Program-made: the position numbers and the translations under genes
Shown: positions 26,375 through 39,059 of the stretch, piece after piece
How positions within the stretch are numbered: the first letter of the stretch is position 1
Layout: each line of letters starts with the position of its first letter
NCBI RefSeq assembly: GCF_021028975.2
Contig: NC_059427.1
Location: 40,982,001-41,046,000 of the forward strand
Length of the DNA stretch: 64,000 nucleotides
Source of the DNA: Sphaerodactylus townsendi
Lineage: Eukaryota
Direction of reading: 5' to 3'
Notes under the pieces: generated by a model
What the model saw: only the letters and a program-made list of their open reading frames with translations
Databases searched by the model: none
What the model was told of the DNA's origin: nothing

Positions 26375-26545
26375 GCTGACCCATAGTGACCCCATGACTG
26401 TGGGGTTGTCAAAGCAAGAGATGAGAAGAGGTAGCTTGCCATTGCTTTCCTCTGCATAGCAATCCTTCCTGGTCTTCCCTCTAAGTTCTAACTCTGGGCA
26501 ACCCTGTTTAGATTCCAAGCTATAACAAGATCAGACCAGAGTTAT
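26375..26545 (-). mobile_element. 5S rRNA-headed SINE (5S-Sauria-like)
   Basis: ggtcttccctctaagttctaactctgggcaaccctgtttagattccaag...agatcagac is a degenerate reverse complement of 5S rRNA, joined to a BovB/Sauria-like ttgccattgc tail. Confidence 0.7.
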
Positions 26546-28186
26546 TCAGACTGCTGTGATGTTCTTAAATTAGGCTATATTCTGTTGGTGCTGGAGTGTG
26601 AAGGCATTTGAGATAGATAAATGTTTTCAGTAGACCCAAAGGAAAGAGAAACAGCCAGAGAGGGAGATGTAAATTTGTTTCACCGATATTCAAAATTCGT
26701 TCAAATAAATAATAGAATTTTACTGTTCAGCAAGGAAATTAATTTTCATGCCCAAACCCTTACTTTTTAAAATATGCCATATTTATATTCCTCCTTGGAC
26801 AAGTTTTACAAAAGAGACAAATCTGTGCTTTGACCTTTGTTCCTATGTGTCTTAATTGTTTCCTCAGTACTGACAGTCACAGAGCGGAATGCCAAAGGCT
26901 GCCAGTGAATCTTTTACTGAATTCTGTGCCAATATAAGCCTTACACTTTTCAGACTAGCTTTGCAAGAAATGCTTGTCCCATTTCATCCCCCACATTTGC
27001 TGTTCCATGTGCTCTTCCTCTTTCTCCTCTTACTGTGCAAGACCTTACATCTATCAATAATGGAGTTTCATTTTCTTTCTAATTCTGCATCTTAACCTGC
27101 CTCTTGAGGCTTCTAAATTGTAAAACTTCAGATGTTACTTTACTGCTCTCTGAAAGCAATAGTTCATTCTCTTGTCGACTTAAATTGGGCTGTTTCTTTG
27201 TATTGTATTGCACAATCAGAAAGTGCTCCTTAACCCACTGGTCAAGCATTTTCAGTACCAGGTAACATTTTCTCCTCTGGAGACTTAGTTCTCCTCTGGA
27301 GAACTAAAATATATCAAAAGGAGAGACAACCAAGCAGTGGTAAAAGTAGACTTTGTTTAGACAGTTCCCTAGATCAATATTAGACCAGTTTATGGCTCCT
27401 CTGTAGAGACGATATTTATTTCATTGTGACAAGAAGAGGATAAAAGGCAATCTATGTGGTATAAGATCTTTTTAAAGTAGTATTTGCTCTTGTCTTTCCA
27501 TATTAAGAATTCTCTTCTTTAGTCTCTCCTTAATATCCTGCCAGTCAGACCTCAATTAGTGGGTAAGTGCCCATAGTAACCACTGGGCAGAGAAAGAGTA
27601 ACAATGGAGTGAAGAGCCATAGCTTAAAAAGTGGCTTACAACTTGTTCTCTGTTTTCTTTGACTAAAGTATTCTTGTTACCTTTTTGATGCACAGAAGAA
27701 CTCTTTGGCAATAGTTTGATGTTGGTTTACTGTATATATTTATTCTGGGCAGGGAAATAACAAGACTGTTAACTCTGAGAAAGAGATAGTTTGGGTTCTA
27801 AATAGAGTTCTTTGACCAGACATTATCCAGATTCTTTGAAAGATCTTTGAGGACCAAAAAAACAAAAAAAGATTGTATGGAACCCCTTGCATCTATTTCT
27901 GTCTCCTTTTTACTCATTTTCCATCCATCTTCTCCAAGGGTAGCTACTTTAACAAGGATATTGAATGTTCACCAAATTCAAACTGCATATTGTTTTACTG
28001 TTTCCATGGAAACCTTATTTTGAAAACTAGTGAACCTCCATCCTTATGCCTTTCCTCTTTTTCACCGACCCTATCTGAAAAGTGACTCAGAACCCATGAT
28101 GGTGCCAAATATTTTTAATTTCATGTGTTTTTTGAAAAAAGGAATAGACAAGCAGGATTTCTTTGTATAAGGAAAAATTGTGTCCG

Positions 28187-28677
28187 TGTTGTGCTAGCAA
28201 CAAAGAAAACTCAGAGTCAACTCGCAGTTTCTAATAAGAGGAGTCTTTATTAGTGAACTCCATTCTGGATAGAAAAGTGGAGAGATAGGTTCTCTATTCT
28301 AATCTATCGAGCTGGATGGTGAGAGATGCTGTCTGCACACATGGTCAAGACAGAAGAGCCTTTTGGGGATGGAGCGGGATATAAATCCAACAAATAGAAT
28401 ATAAATGAATGAATGAATGAATGAATGAATGAATGAATGAATGAATAAATAAATAAATAAATAAATAAGGAGGGTTTTGTAAGAATGGGGGAGAGAGGAG
28501 GAGAAGCAGGGAGGATAGAAGTTCCCTGAAAGTAGCAATCTACACATCAAAGGGATAGTGTCAGAGTAGTAGAAAAAAGGTCCCCAGTGTCTTGACCCTC
28601 TCTATCTATTTGACTCACTGGTAAGTCCTCCTCTGTTATTGAGACTGGAAACAGCGTAAAGTCCTTCTCTTCCAACA
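28187..28677 (-). mobile_element. Solo LTR (ERV1/Gypsy-like) containing a nested LINE/SINE 3' tail with (ATGA)n(ATAA)n at ~28355-28468
   Basis: Termini are TGTTG and CAACA. 4-bp TSD tccg/tctg, differing by CpG decay. AATAAA on the minus strand near 28246. Confidence 0.8.
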
Positions 28678-28950
28678 TCTGATATCTCGGGTGTAGATTC
28701 CAGCAGGCAACAGTGTTCACAGCAAAGATGCTTAGAAGCTGCATTGGAAATCATCCCTCACATCTTGCCAAGGACCCCTAGTTATTAAAATGAAGTCTTC
28801 TTCACCCTGGATAGGGTCTAGCTAGTCTAAAGGCAGATTTCTGTGGGTTTGGGTGGGTATGAAAATGGAGCCTTGTGGTTATTGGTGGCCCAGGGGAAAA
28901 AAGTCTCAGATAGAAATTATTCTGCTAATTGTACCACTTAAAGTAACAGA

Positions 28951-29091
28951 GGCCCCTTCCGCACACGCAAAATAATGCATTTTCAAACCACTTTCAGAAC
29001 TGTTTGCAAGTAGATTTTGCTATTCCGCACAGCTTCAAAGAGCACTGAAAGCAGTTTGAAAGTGCATTATTCTGCATGTGTCGAATGAGCC
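28951..29091. mobile_element. Harbinger-like MITE of the ~140-bp GGCC..TTCCGCACA family
   Basis: Arms are ttccgcacacgcaaaataatgc and gcattattctgcatgtgtcgaa. Near-identical to the 42498 and 48617 copies. Flanked by taacaga on both sides. Confidence 0.88.
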
Positions 29092-29659
29092 TAACAGACC
29101 GAGAGAAAAAGACGCATTGCCCAAATGAGTGCATGTGGTGGGCCCATAATGTGCAAAGTGTCCTCAACGCACATTGGGTCAGACCATCTCATTGGGGTAA
29201 TTATTTGGGGATGGAACAGTCTGATGAATAACCAAGTCCCAGTTAACCACAGCATTCCAATAAGAAAGGAAAAATAAAACAGAGGGAGAATCTCAAAAAG
29301 AAATAGCCTTTATTTCCCTAACAAAATAGAAGGCTACAAAGATTAAATGTGAGGAAGTGCAAATACATAACACCATGCTACAATATAGAAACACTGTCCT
29401 AGCAATACTAACTTTGGTAGTTGACTCAATGTGAGGAATTTTGTTGTGCAGAAAAGAGTCTGTTGCTTTGAGATCTGGTACAGAAAAGAAGAGAATCTGG
29501 TCCCAGGCAAAGGAAAAATCAAAACCCACTTGATCTAGTCCTGGGGAAAGTAAAAAATTAAAACTCACTTGATTAATTGAAGGGTGAAGGTCTAGAAAGC
29601 TAGCTTTCCCATAAAGCTGGGGAAAAAGGTTCAGCTACAGAATCATATATGAAGTCAGA

Positions 29660-30179
29660 GGCCGTTTCCGCACGGAGGCGGAAGCGGCTGGGTTGGCGCA
29701 TTTCGCGCCGACCCGATGACCCTGGGACCGTCCGCATGGACGGTCCCAGAACCGGCTGGGATGACGGCGCCGCGGAGCGCCGGCCGATCCGGCATGTCCC
29801 CGGGCCTCCGGCACGTCGCCGAGCCCTGAGGACATGCCCCCCCCCGGCCCTGCGCGCCTGCTCCTGCGTCGCAGGGTAGGGGAGCGTGTCCCCAGGCCTC
29901 GGCGACACGCTGGAGGCCCGGGGACGAGGTAAGTGCAGGGAGGGAGTGGGGGGAAGCGCCGGGAAGCCGCTGCCATTCGCACGGCAGCGGCTTCCAGCCG
30001 GCGTTTCCAAAAAACCACGCTGAAGGCGTGGTTTGCAAGCACTTAACTCGGCGCCCGGTCAGGCGGCAGCGAAGGCGGCTGCGGCTCGTCGAAACGCTTC
30101 ACCTGTCGCGAAGAAGCGGCCTGGGGACGGCGTTTTTGCCGTCCCCAGGCCGCCATATTCCGCCCGTGCGGAAACGGCC
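29660..30179. mobile_element. Very young CpG-rich PIF/Harbinger-type MITE, 520 bp
   Basis: Perfect 16-bp TIR GGCCGTTTCCGCACGG. 3-bp TSD aga at 29657-29659 and 30180-30182. Subterminal hairpins, e.g. gcggcctggggacggc-gttttt-gccgtccccaggccgc. Confidence 0.93.
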
Positions 30180-32269
30180 AGAGTGACTTGGGATGCCCCG
30201 TTATATGATTTGGAGCAGCAGACATTAGGATCTATAGCAAGGTACTGAATTCAGGAAGAAGTATGGGGATTTCAGGTAGAATTACTGAGTTACTAGGTTG
30301 CCGAACTGGGTTGAATTGGTCCCACACGGGCCGAGTAGTAGTTTATTGATATTTCCTTAGATTTAGGATTGAATTTCAGGGTAGGCTAAATGAAGAGGAG
30401 AGCTTGGTAGCCTTAGGTTATTGGCCAGCAAATCAAATTAATCACGTGTGATTATTCAACTGGAAGGTGAAGACAAAAAGCCTTTGATCAGGGTGTTCTT
30501 TGGAGCATTCCCGCAGGTGGACTACTCTTAGGTGAGAGGATCCAGAAGAAATGTGTGCATTCAAGGGCTGCCAACGTGACTATTTATCCATCCCTCTCAC
30601 ATCCAAGTCAGAAGGCACTTTAAAGTACCCAAATGGAGGGATCCTATTGGGGGGCTAACTCAAGACACAACAGAAGAATGGCCTTGCCCCTTAATTTTAC
30701 AGCTGGCTCACAGGTTTACAGAAATTGCCAGTGTTTGGGTTTTTCTGACTGGCTGGCAGATCCATCACCATTTCCTGCATACTTCTGTGATTGAGGTGAG
30801 GAGTCATTAGGTTTGCAAGCATTATAGTTTTCTTTTATGGTGTATTTTTTTTCATCATGAAATACTTGGAGATGCCTCTCATTTCTAGCTCATGAACTGA
30901 GAAACTGCCAGAGAGTGAAAAGGGGATAATGGCATGCCACTGATCTTTCTCTAGCTGCTGTAGTATTCAGTTTACGACAGCATTTTCTACAATTTCATCA
31001 GTAGGCTGATCTTAGGAGAACACTACTGTGGGCAGCCCAGAATAATTCTTGAGGCATCAGGAGGTCTGTGTAAAGCCAATATGAAATGGGATGGTCCCTG
31101 CAATGCTGCTGGGAAGAAAATAGAGAGAATAGTGCCCTCATCTTTGCCACTCTGATAGAATGAAAAATGACACTATGCAGGTAAATCAGTAGCCAGGTTG
31201 CGATATATAATCTCATCCCAACCCTTCGCAGATTCTCACCAGAGCCACGTGACCTGCTTGTCAGTATCTCTTATTCTACAGGACCTTATCTATCTCTGTG
31301 TGAGGCCATCAAAAACTGGACTCATTTTTGGCTACTGTGTAATGGATGCTGAAAATCTTGGGAAAGCATATGCTTTGTTTGGGTAGTCTATTGAGAGCAA
31401 TAGAATATTGACAGTCACTTGTGTTTTCTGACTGTTTAGCATGCAATGTGTACAAGTATCTTTAGCATATTTTTTTCGGGTGACTGACTTTCTGTGGCAG
31501 CTGCACTTTATGTATTATGGAAGGAGTGTCTCTGAAGCAAACTAGATGAAAAGAAGATGCAACCTGTTATTGTATTGACACACATATGACAAGAAAGACA
31601 GAACTGAGATAAAAATTAACACGCATTTCATTTGGGATTTCTTTAAGCTATCAAAGCATCCCGACAAGGATATGTGAGGAGAAGAGCAAACTAAGAGGAG
31701 GGGAGGAGTCTCTTCCTCTATTTATTGTCATTTCTAAATGTGCATCATGTAGTATTTCCTAAAAAGAAGTGTGAACAAATTATTAAATCCTAAGGGCTAA
31801 ATCATGGTTCTCAGACATTAAAGCAGACCTAATCTCAGGTGAGTTTCCAGAGATTAATCTTTAAAAGTTGTGGACCACTCTTCAGGATTAACTGGCCAAA
31901 CCTATTGCATTCAGTTAGACTTGCCAGAGTTTTAGTATCTATGTTGTTCTCCCCTTGATGACCCATCTGCTAACCCATTAAATCTTCCTGCCACAGCATC
32001 GAGTATTGTACCAAAATAGTTCTATTTTGGATCCAGAGGGAAAGGATTTTAGAAAATAGAGTGGCCTCTACCATGACACGTCTCCACTGAGAAAAAAAAA
32101 ACTGAGAACACTTAAAATTTTTCCAGAAAATGATGGAATCTTAAGGCAGAACTCATCCTCAGAGGTCATGGTGGGCTGAATGCCCCATGGCAGAGTATCT
32201 CCTTCTGATTAATTTTTGTTTGTTTCAGTTGCCCTTTTGATAGACAGTTGAGCCAAGGAGTAGAAAATA

Positions 32270-33800
32270 TTTAACAATTTCACTCCTTCTTCATCAGCCT
32301 GAAGTTGTGTAATTTTCTTAGTTGTTACTTTTTTCATCTTGCTGTTCGGCTATAATCCGGCATTGTCACTTTTGGGTTCAAACATCATCAGTAGTCATTT
32401 CAAGTCTTCTTTTTTTGCCAGTAATGCGGTGTCTTGTGCATATCTCAAATTGTTAACGTTCTGTCTACCAATTTTCACTCCACATTCATCTAAATCTAAT
32501 TCAGCTTTCCTTATATGTTCTCCATATGGATTGAACAATTAGGGAGAAAATACTTCATTGTCTGACACCTTTGCCAATTGGAAACCATTCTGTTTCTCCA
32601 TATTCTGTCCTAACAGTAGCCTCTTGTCCAGTGTAAAGGTTATGCAGCAAAACCATTAAATGTTTTGGCAGAGGCGTACCAGGGGAAAATGGCGCTTGTG
32701 ACAACACCTGCTCCAGGTGCCCCCTACCGCCCCACACTCCCCCCACCTCTATTGGAGGCTGTACTTGCCCTGAGAGGGGTGGGAGCTGGCCTGCTGCCGC
32801 AGCGAACATCTCATCACCCCCCCACGTGACAGAATGGTGTGCGCTCATAGACTGTACGGCACAGTTTTGTGACACACCCATTTATTTTAAAAACAAACAG
32901 ATGTTCATGATCACACACTCAAAAGCTTTGGTGTAATCTATGAAACACAAACTGATTTTCTTCTGCAGTCTTTCATAAGGGTAACATTTTGAGTATCACA
33001 GTACTTGTGTGAAAAATTAATGTGATGATCTAATAGTTGCTGCAGTCTTTGATGCCTCCTTTTTTCAGAATTGGAATGTAGCTTGAGCATTTCCAGTCTA
33101 TGATACATTGTTTCCACATTTATTGGCTTATTATTGTTAAGATTTTGATGGACTCTGTTTCTTCGGCTTGAGATAGTTCTATTGATCTCCCATCTACTTC
33201 TAGTGTTTTGTTTCACCTAATTGCTTTGAATGCAGTTTTCTCTTCACTTTCTAAAAGTGCAGGTTCATTTTGAAAAGTTAATCTTGGAAGGAAGTTGGCA
33301 TTTATGTTGCTCCTATCTTTTCTTTATTTTGTCTTGTTCAGTTAACATATTTCTATGTTGTTCTTCCAGCATACCTAACAATGCTTCAAAATTACTGCTG
33401 ATTTCTTGGATCTCTTGATCTTCCTTTTTTCCCTCTCTCTTCCATTTCTTTACACTCGTTATTATAATTGTTCAAAATAGGAACACTTTAAGTCTCCTTT
33501 GTAATATGCAGTCCTTTTCATCAAGTTTGGTTGGTGCACCAGCTGCAGCTTTTCCTGCAAGAGCAAGATTTGGCCATAGTTATTGGTGCTAATTAGATTC
33601 CAGTCATATGCTTTATTTCAGCTTGTCTTTGAAATATCCATTTGGATCAGAAGACAGCAGAAAAATGGCTGTCTAGCGTCAGTTACAGAAAACCATCTTG
33701 CCAGTTTTGCAAGAATGACCCTTGCTTCCGATTTGTTTCCAAGCTCAGCTCAAAATGTTCTAAAGCTCCAAATGATCTGCAGCTATTTGGAAGTTGTCCC
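32270..33800 (-). mobile_element. RTE-BovB LINE, heavily deleted, with a nested hAT-like insert at ~32669-32864
   Basis: Minus-strand peptides LLHNLYTGQEATVRTEYGETEWFPIGKGVRQ and CFIDYTKAF are BovB RT motifs. A GC-rich insert starting cagaggcgtacc splits MGV|PKHL. The 5' extent is approximate. Confidence 0.88.
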
Positions 33801-33849
33801 ATACAAACCTCCCATTAAACTTGGTGAATGCTTTCAATTGGCTGTTGTC

Positions 33850-34010
33850 CATTTTCTGGGCTGTGTGGCTGTGATCTGGTTGTTCCTAATGTTTCACCAG
33901 TTGGTACCATGACATGCCTCTGAAGATGCCAGCCATAAATTTGAGTGAAATGGTAGGAGCAAAAACTACCAGATCACGATGACACAACGTGGAAAATGCA
34001 CAACAACCTA
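33850..34010. mobile_element. Penelope-like terminal fragments in inverted arrangement
   Basis: gtgatctggt...cctaatgtttcac (33871-33897) is inverted relative to gtgaaatggtagg...accagatcac. Contains a CTGAAGA...GAAA motif. Confidence 0.7.
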
Positions 34011-34688
34011 CCATCAATATCTTCTTCAGAGGTGCCACTTAGTATGTTGCCAAGTGAAATATTAGATGACCACAGGAACGCCCATTCTCTGCTAACTTTG
34101 TAAATATATTCCCACAGTGTTTTATTTGGTTCCTTGTTCATGAAGGGAAATTCACATATTAAAAAGTCCATGTATACTTTCAACCAATGTGTTCTTGGAG
34201 TTCTACCACTGAGAACTTAATTCCCAGGTATGCGTGGATTGGGATTGTGACATACAGGAGGAAATAGTTTAAGCTAAGAATTAAAACTAGAAGTCTTCAC
34301 CACCTATTTTTTATTACCTGGATTTTAAAATGATACACATTTTATGCAGTCAGTACTGTCTGAAAAAACTTGCAGGCAACAGTGATTTTACTATGTTCAT
34401 TACATGTAAATATTCCTTTTCTACTGCTTCCAGCTCTCTGAAAAACCTAGTGCCCCTTCCAGCCTAATATATCACAATGTTCAGTACATTAGAATGTTGA
34501 ATTAAAGTTTAAAGTAGCATTGGTCCATATGGTAATGTATCATCATTACACAGTGTCATGGTAACTATGACAAAATTAGCTACATGAAACCCATATCATG
34601 CAGTTTAAATACAATATATCCTTCAAAATGCTGCTATCCTCTTAATGAGGATTTTGTTCTATACGATCAATTGGTTCCATCCCTTAAA

Positions 34689-34990
34689 GGAGCAGCAGTG
34701 GCGTAGTGGTTAAGAGCAGGCGTACTCTAATCTGGAGGAACCGGGTTTGATTTCCCACTCTGCCGCTTGAGCTGTGGAAGCTTATCTGGGAAATTCAGAT
34801 TAGCCTGTACATTCCCACGCATGCCAGCTGGGTGACCTTGGGCTAGTCACAGTTTTTCTGAGCTCTCTCAGCCCCACCTACCTTACAGGGTGTTTGTTGT
34901 GAGGGGGGAAGGGAAAGGAGTTTGTAAGCCCCTTTGAGTCTCCTACAGGAGAGGAAGGGGGATATAAATCCAACTCTTCTTCTTCTTTTT
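34689..34990 (+). mobile_element. Squam3-type tRNA SINE, full length, young
   Basis: A box tggcgtagtgg, B box ggtttgatttcc, CORE-like gggtgaccttgggctagtcac, (TCT)n tail. Confidence 0.92.
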
Positions 34991-36329
34991 CCTCTTAACT
35001 TTGTTTTTTATATTCTGAAAACTGAAAAATGTCATATTTGTCTCCAGTTTGCTTTTTGTCCACCCTACCCCCCAACCTCCCAGGCCAACACATATCTAAT
35101 AAGACAACAAAAAACAACAAATATAACAGCAATGGTATGGGACAGAACATGAGTCAAATACATTTTTGCTCTAGAAAATAATATGTATATAGCAAGGAAA
35201 AGAATTGTCAGAAAAACTGTAAATATTTAATTATGGGTCCATGATTAAATTCTGGGCCTCCGGTTCAATTTACTTATCCCAAAGCCAACCCAAAAAATAA
35301 CCCACCCTCAAATAAAACAGTTGGGCTTTTATGTGTTTATTTTCAGCTGGAAAACGGCAGCAATCAAAGGGAACTGAAAAGAAGATCCTGAAAAATGCTG
35401 AATTTTTCTGGCTTTTTTTCAGGCCACTTTGGTTTTACTTCAATTTTTTTTAATGGGGGGGGACCCCTCTCCTCTCCTCCTCACTTAGCTGCTGAATGTG
35501 TCTCCACACTCCAGATGGGCTCAGAGATGCCAGATGACAGAGAGTTAACATGGGGCTTGGCCCAGATGGGCCTGGTATTCAGCTCAGTGCTGCCACCTCT
35601 GAAGTCCACATGAACTTTGGCGGTGGGGGCAGCACGGAGGTTGCAATCCACCAGCCACAATCCACCAATTCCCAATCGCTCGCTGCTGCAAGTATGCTGC
35701 TGCTGTCTTGCTCAATTCAGGCCTCCTTCCTTTGCCTATAGGCACTAAGCTAAAAAGCCGTTTTCCACTTCTCCACATGGCCTGATAAACAGTTGCCAGG
35801 TGACACAAGGGAGAGAGAAGAGAAGCTGTGTCTCTCAGGTGAGAAGAGGTGCGGGTTGGCCTGGCCTACCCATGTAAGACTGCGGCCCTGCCTCCTCCAG
35901 GCATGTCACTCACTCGCGCTGGCAGCTGGGCACCCTAACCCCATGCTGGGCTGGATGCTGGCGCTGAGCCTGGCCCTCTCCCTGCCCCATCCTTGGTGGC
36001 CAAGGTAAATCTCAGCTGTTCGTTACTGTGAACACAACCAAATCAGTACTAGTGTTATCCTTCCCTGTTTAGAGTTGTTTTCACTTAGCATGCTTTTTTC
36101 AAGAACATCACCACAGTGTTAAGGAAGGTTTTTAAATAGGCCAGGTTCCAAGGTACAAGGAGTCCAACAAGCGAGATAATTGGAATCTAATGTTTGTGGT
36201 GATTACTTGCTGGTCCTTTGTAGTACAAGATTCTCAGTCTTTTACGCTATTAACCTACTTTTCTTACAGCTGATAACAAATAAAAATAAAAAGAAGACTT
36301 GAGTCTTGAAACAATGTGTACATGTTTCA

Positions 36330-36900
36330 GTGTAATTGTGGGAATGGACCAGTTTTTTTACACAATTTAGAAAGTGTTTTCTTTTTCAGAGAAGAAAATC
36401 CCAAGTCTTTCCATTGCTTTAATACACATTGCAGTGGAGTAATCCCCTCTGGCTTCACTGGTTGGTTTCCCATGGTCCCTGTGACCCCCTCTTTTCACAA
36501 GCGTCCTTGGAAAAGATTTTTTCCTGCAGTCAGCCCACTGCTAACTTCCAGGATTTCCATTGCTAACTCCCAGGATTTTGAGTTTTCCTCCCAAAACCTA
36601 AACCAACCTTTAAACCAACCTTACTCCAAACCTACAGAGTTTACCTCCAGGGTATGCAGGTTTTTACATACATTCTCTAAGATCATCAAATTTCCCTTTT
36701 CCCAGTTTGAAATGATTTTACTTTAACAGATTATACAAACATTGATTCTACTACAGTTATATCATTCGATTCTAATACAATAGAATTATAGTAAAATACA
36801 AGTACATATGAATCTCTCATTATCATTTCTGTGTTCATTTAACATATATAGAAAAACATTTTTTCCATTTAACTAATCACATTCATTTCTATTCTAACCT
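36330..36900 (-). mobile_element. Probable LINE (L1-like) 3' fragment
   Basis: The minus strand is purine- and A-rich with LINE 3'-end character. No diagnostic motif was read. Confidence 0.35.
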
Positions 36901-37306
36901 CTGATCTCTTTATTTCCCTTAGGCATCCCATATAGCTAGTGCTGAAAACAAAGCTATAAAGTATACAACAGTTGTTTGCTCTGTATTGCTTTCTCCAAAA
37001 GACATTGATTGTACTTTATTAGCACTTTCCTTTTCACAAAAAGGATATAAAAAATGAAAAAGGAAGGAGCCATGATGAGATGCAATCTTAGGCAGATGGC
37101 TGAGAGCCGCAAAGCAAATTTTCCTCTGGCAACAAATGGCAGAGGGAGCCCACAGTGTACGGCTGTTGGAGACGAGGTCCTGTTTGAAATGAACAGATTA
37201 ATTGGGCACATAATGATGTATTAAACAGCCCAGGGTTACCTCAGGAATACTTAAGGATATGTAATGCAAAATTCAAGCTAATTTAGCATCTATTATATGT
37301 TCACAG

Positions 37307-37409
37307 GAGTGATGGGTGAATATGAGCCAAAAATAGAAGTGCAGTTCCCAGAAATGGTTCCGTCTGCAAAAGGAACAACTGTGAAACTGGAGTGCTTTGC
37401 ACTTGGAAA
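37307..37409 (+). CDS. CNTN4: Contactin-4 exon, 103 nt, phase 1-2, first half of Ig3
   Basis: Splice sites are tcacag| and AA|gtaagt. Translates (G)[33 protein letters not shown](N). In frame with both flanking exons. Confidence 0.97.
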
Positions 37410-37599
37410 GTAAGTTTTTGCCTTTCACTTGTTTGGGTGAAGCAAAGTTTTGCAAGAAATAACTGTTGTATGATGGTTAAAATATTAGATTCACGCTGGG
37501 GGGAAATGCTCCCTGGGTAACCTTGGCCCAGTCATATTCTCTGAAGCCTAACTTACCTCCCAGTATTTCTGTGAGGGGAAAGATGAGATAACCAGGCCT

Positions 37600-37815
37600 G
37601 CAGTCGGCAGCTCTAGATTGAGAAATCCCTGGGGATGTGGGGGTGAAGCCTGGGAAGGGGGGGGATTGGGGAGGGGTGTGTGGCTCAGGGGGACATGGTG
37701 TCGTAGTCCACCTTACAAAGCAGCCATTTTCTCCAGGGGAACTAATCTTTGTAGTTTGGAGATCCATTGTAATTCCTGGAGATCCTCAATCCCCACCTGG
37801 AGGTTGGGAACTCCA
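37600..37815 (-). mobile_element. TAGGGTTGCC-family hAT MITE inserted in an old SINE (~37490-37860)
   Basis: Reverse complement of the 17247 family (gcagccattttctccaggggaactaatct). SINE body gggtaaccttggcccagtca lies to the left and its tail cctgagtttcttggagg to the right. Confidence 0.8.
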
Positions 37816-37862
37816 CTAACGTATCCTGAGTTTCTTGGAGGAACAGTAGGTTATGTGAAGTA

Positions 37863-38367
37863 CAGTGGAACCTTGGTTTTCATTGCCTTCGTTTTTCATC
37901 TGTTTTGGTTTTCATTGATTTTTTCAGTGAAAAATTTGTCTCGGTTTTCATTGATTTGCCTCGGTTTTCATCGATTTGCAGTAAGGTGCAGGGGTTTGTG
38001 GAAAAAATGGACATGGACAAAGCTGTTGCAGGCTGTGTCTGCAACTCATTTAATGACAATGTCTTTCCCCACTTCAGACAAATCTTAAAGAGGCATCAGA
38101 AACAGACCTCTTTGGACAGCTTTCTGGTGCAACATTGGTCCACTGGCCCTGAAGATGGTCCTAGTGTTATTGTTTGTTACTGTTTTCAGCATTAAACACT
38201 GTGTTTATTCACCAAAAGGTGTTTTTAGTATGTTCTTTTGGAGTGCCTAGAACGGATTAATTGAATTTACATTGGTTCCTATGGAAAAGTTTGCCTCGGT
38301 TTTCATCGGTTTCTGTTTTCATCGATTCTTTTCGGACACATTACCAACGAAAACCGAGGTTCCACTG
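37863..38367 (+). mobile_element. Tc1/mariner Tigger(pogo)-type deletion derivative
   Basis: TIR cagtggaacct(t/c)ggttttc, TA TSD on both sides, subterminal ggttttcat repeats. Residual transposase C-terminus ...HFRQILKRHQKQTSLDSFL. Confidence 0.92.
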
Positions 38368-39059
38368 TATATCTGAATCAATCAGTGTTGCTTTTATCTT
38401 TCACAGTTTTGCTGCTGTTGACTTCCAATATATGTTCAAATCCCATATATGTGTAAATTTGGTAAACTGATCGCATTTCCATAATCACTTGCTAGACAAA
38501 TGTCTACGTTAACTGTTACTTTTACTTATTAATTCGGTATGCTTAGTAAGGTAAATTATCAATACAGTTTGCTGCACGTTGTGATGCATGTCAGGATAAA
38601 ACACAGCAGTGATAAATTGATGTTAAATTACTGCTTGAAGAAATGTGAAATATAGATCATTACCATAAAGGAATGGACTGTTCAAATCAAGGAAAGGCTG
38701 TCTGTATGCTAAAGCCTGAATTGCCAAGTCTATATAACCTTTTCTTATGGACTATTTTTGCTTTAATTAACAAAAAAAAATTAAATTGACTCTAAAAGAA
38801 ATGGTTGGAGAAAGACAAGAACCAACAAGACTGGCCTAGAAAGTCATTAAGAAACGCAGTGTAAAATCGTGTATGTGGTTGACATGTTTCTTATTGTAAA
38901 GACATTCTCCTTCATTCAGGACACCACAGCCCCATAGAATTTCCTTAGGAAATATGTTATCTCTTTGGCACTATAGTGAATAAACTCCACAAACATTGTC
39001 TAAGAAGATTCTACTGGCAATAACTAAAAAAGCCCAGATTTGGAAACTGATGTTGTTGT

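Noticed and set aside
29600-30248. Cluster of overlapping 60-136 aa Arg/Pro/Gly-rich ORFs on both strands
   Set aside because: By-product of stop-codon scarcity in a GC-rich MITE. No domain is recognisable.
34689-34770. tRNA-like sequence with A and B boxes (also 44041, 52630, 53830, 62330)
   Set aside because: These are SINE heads continuing into SINE core and tail, not tRNA genes.
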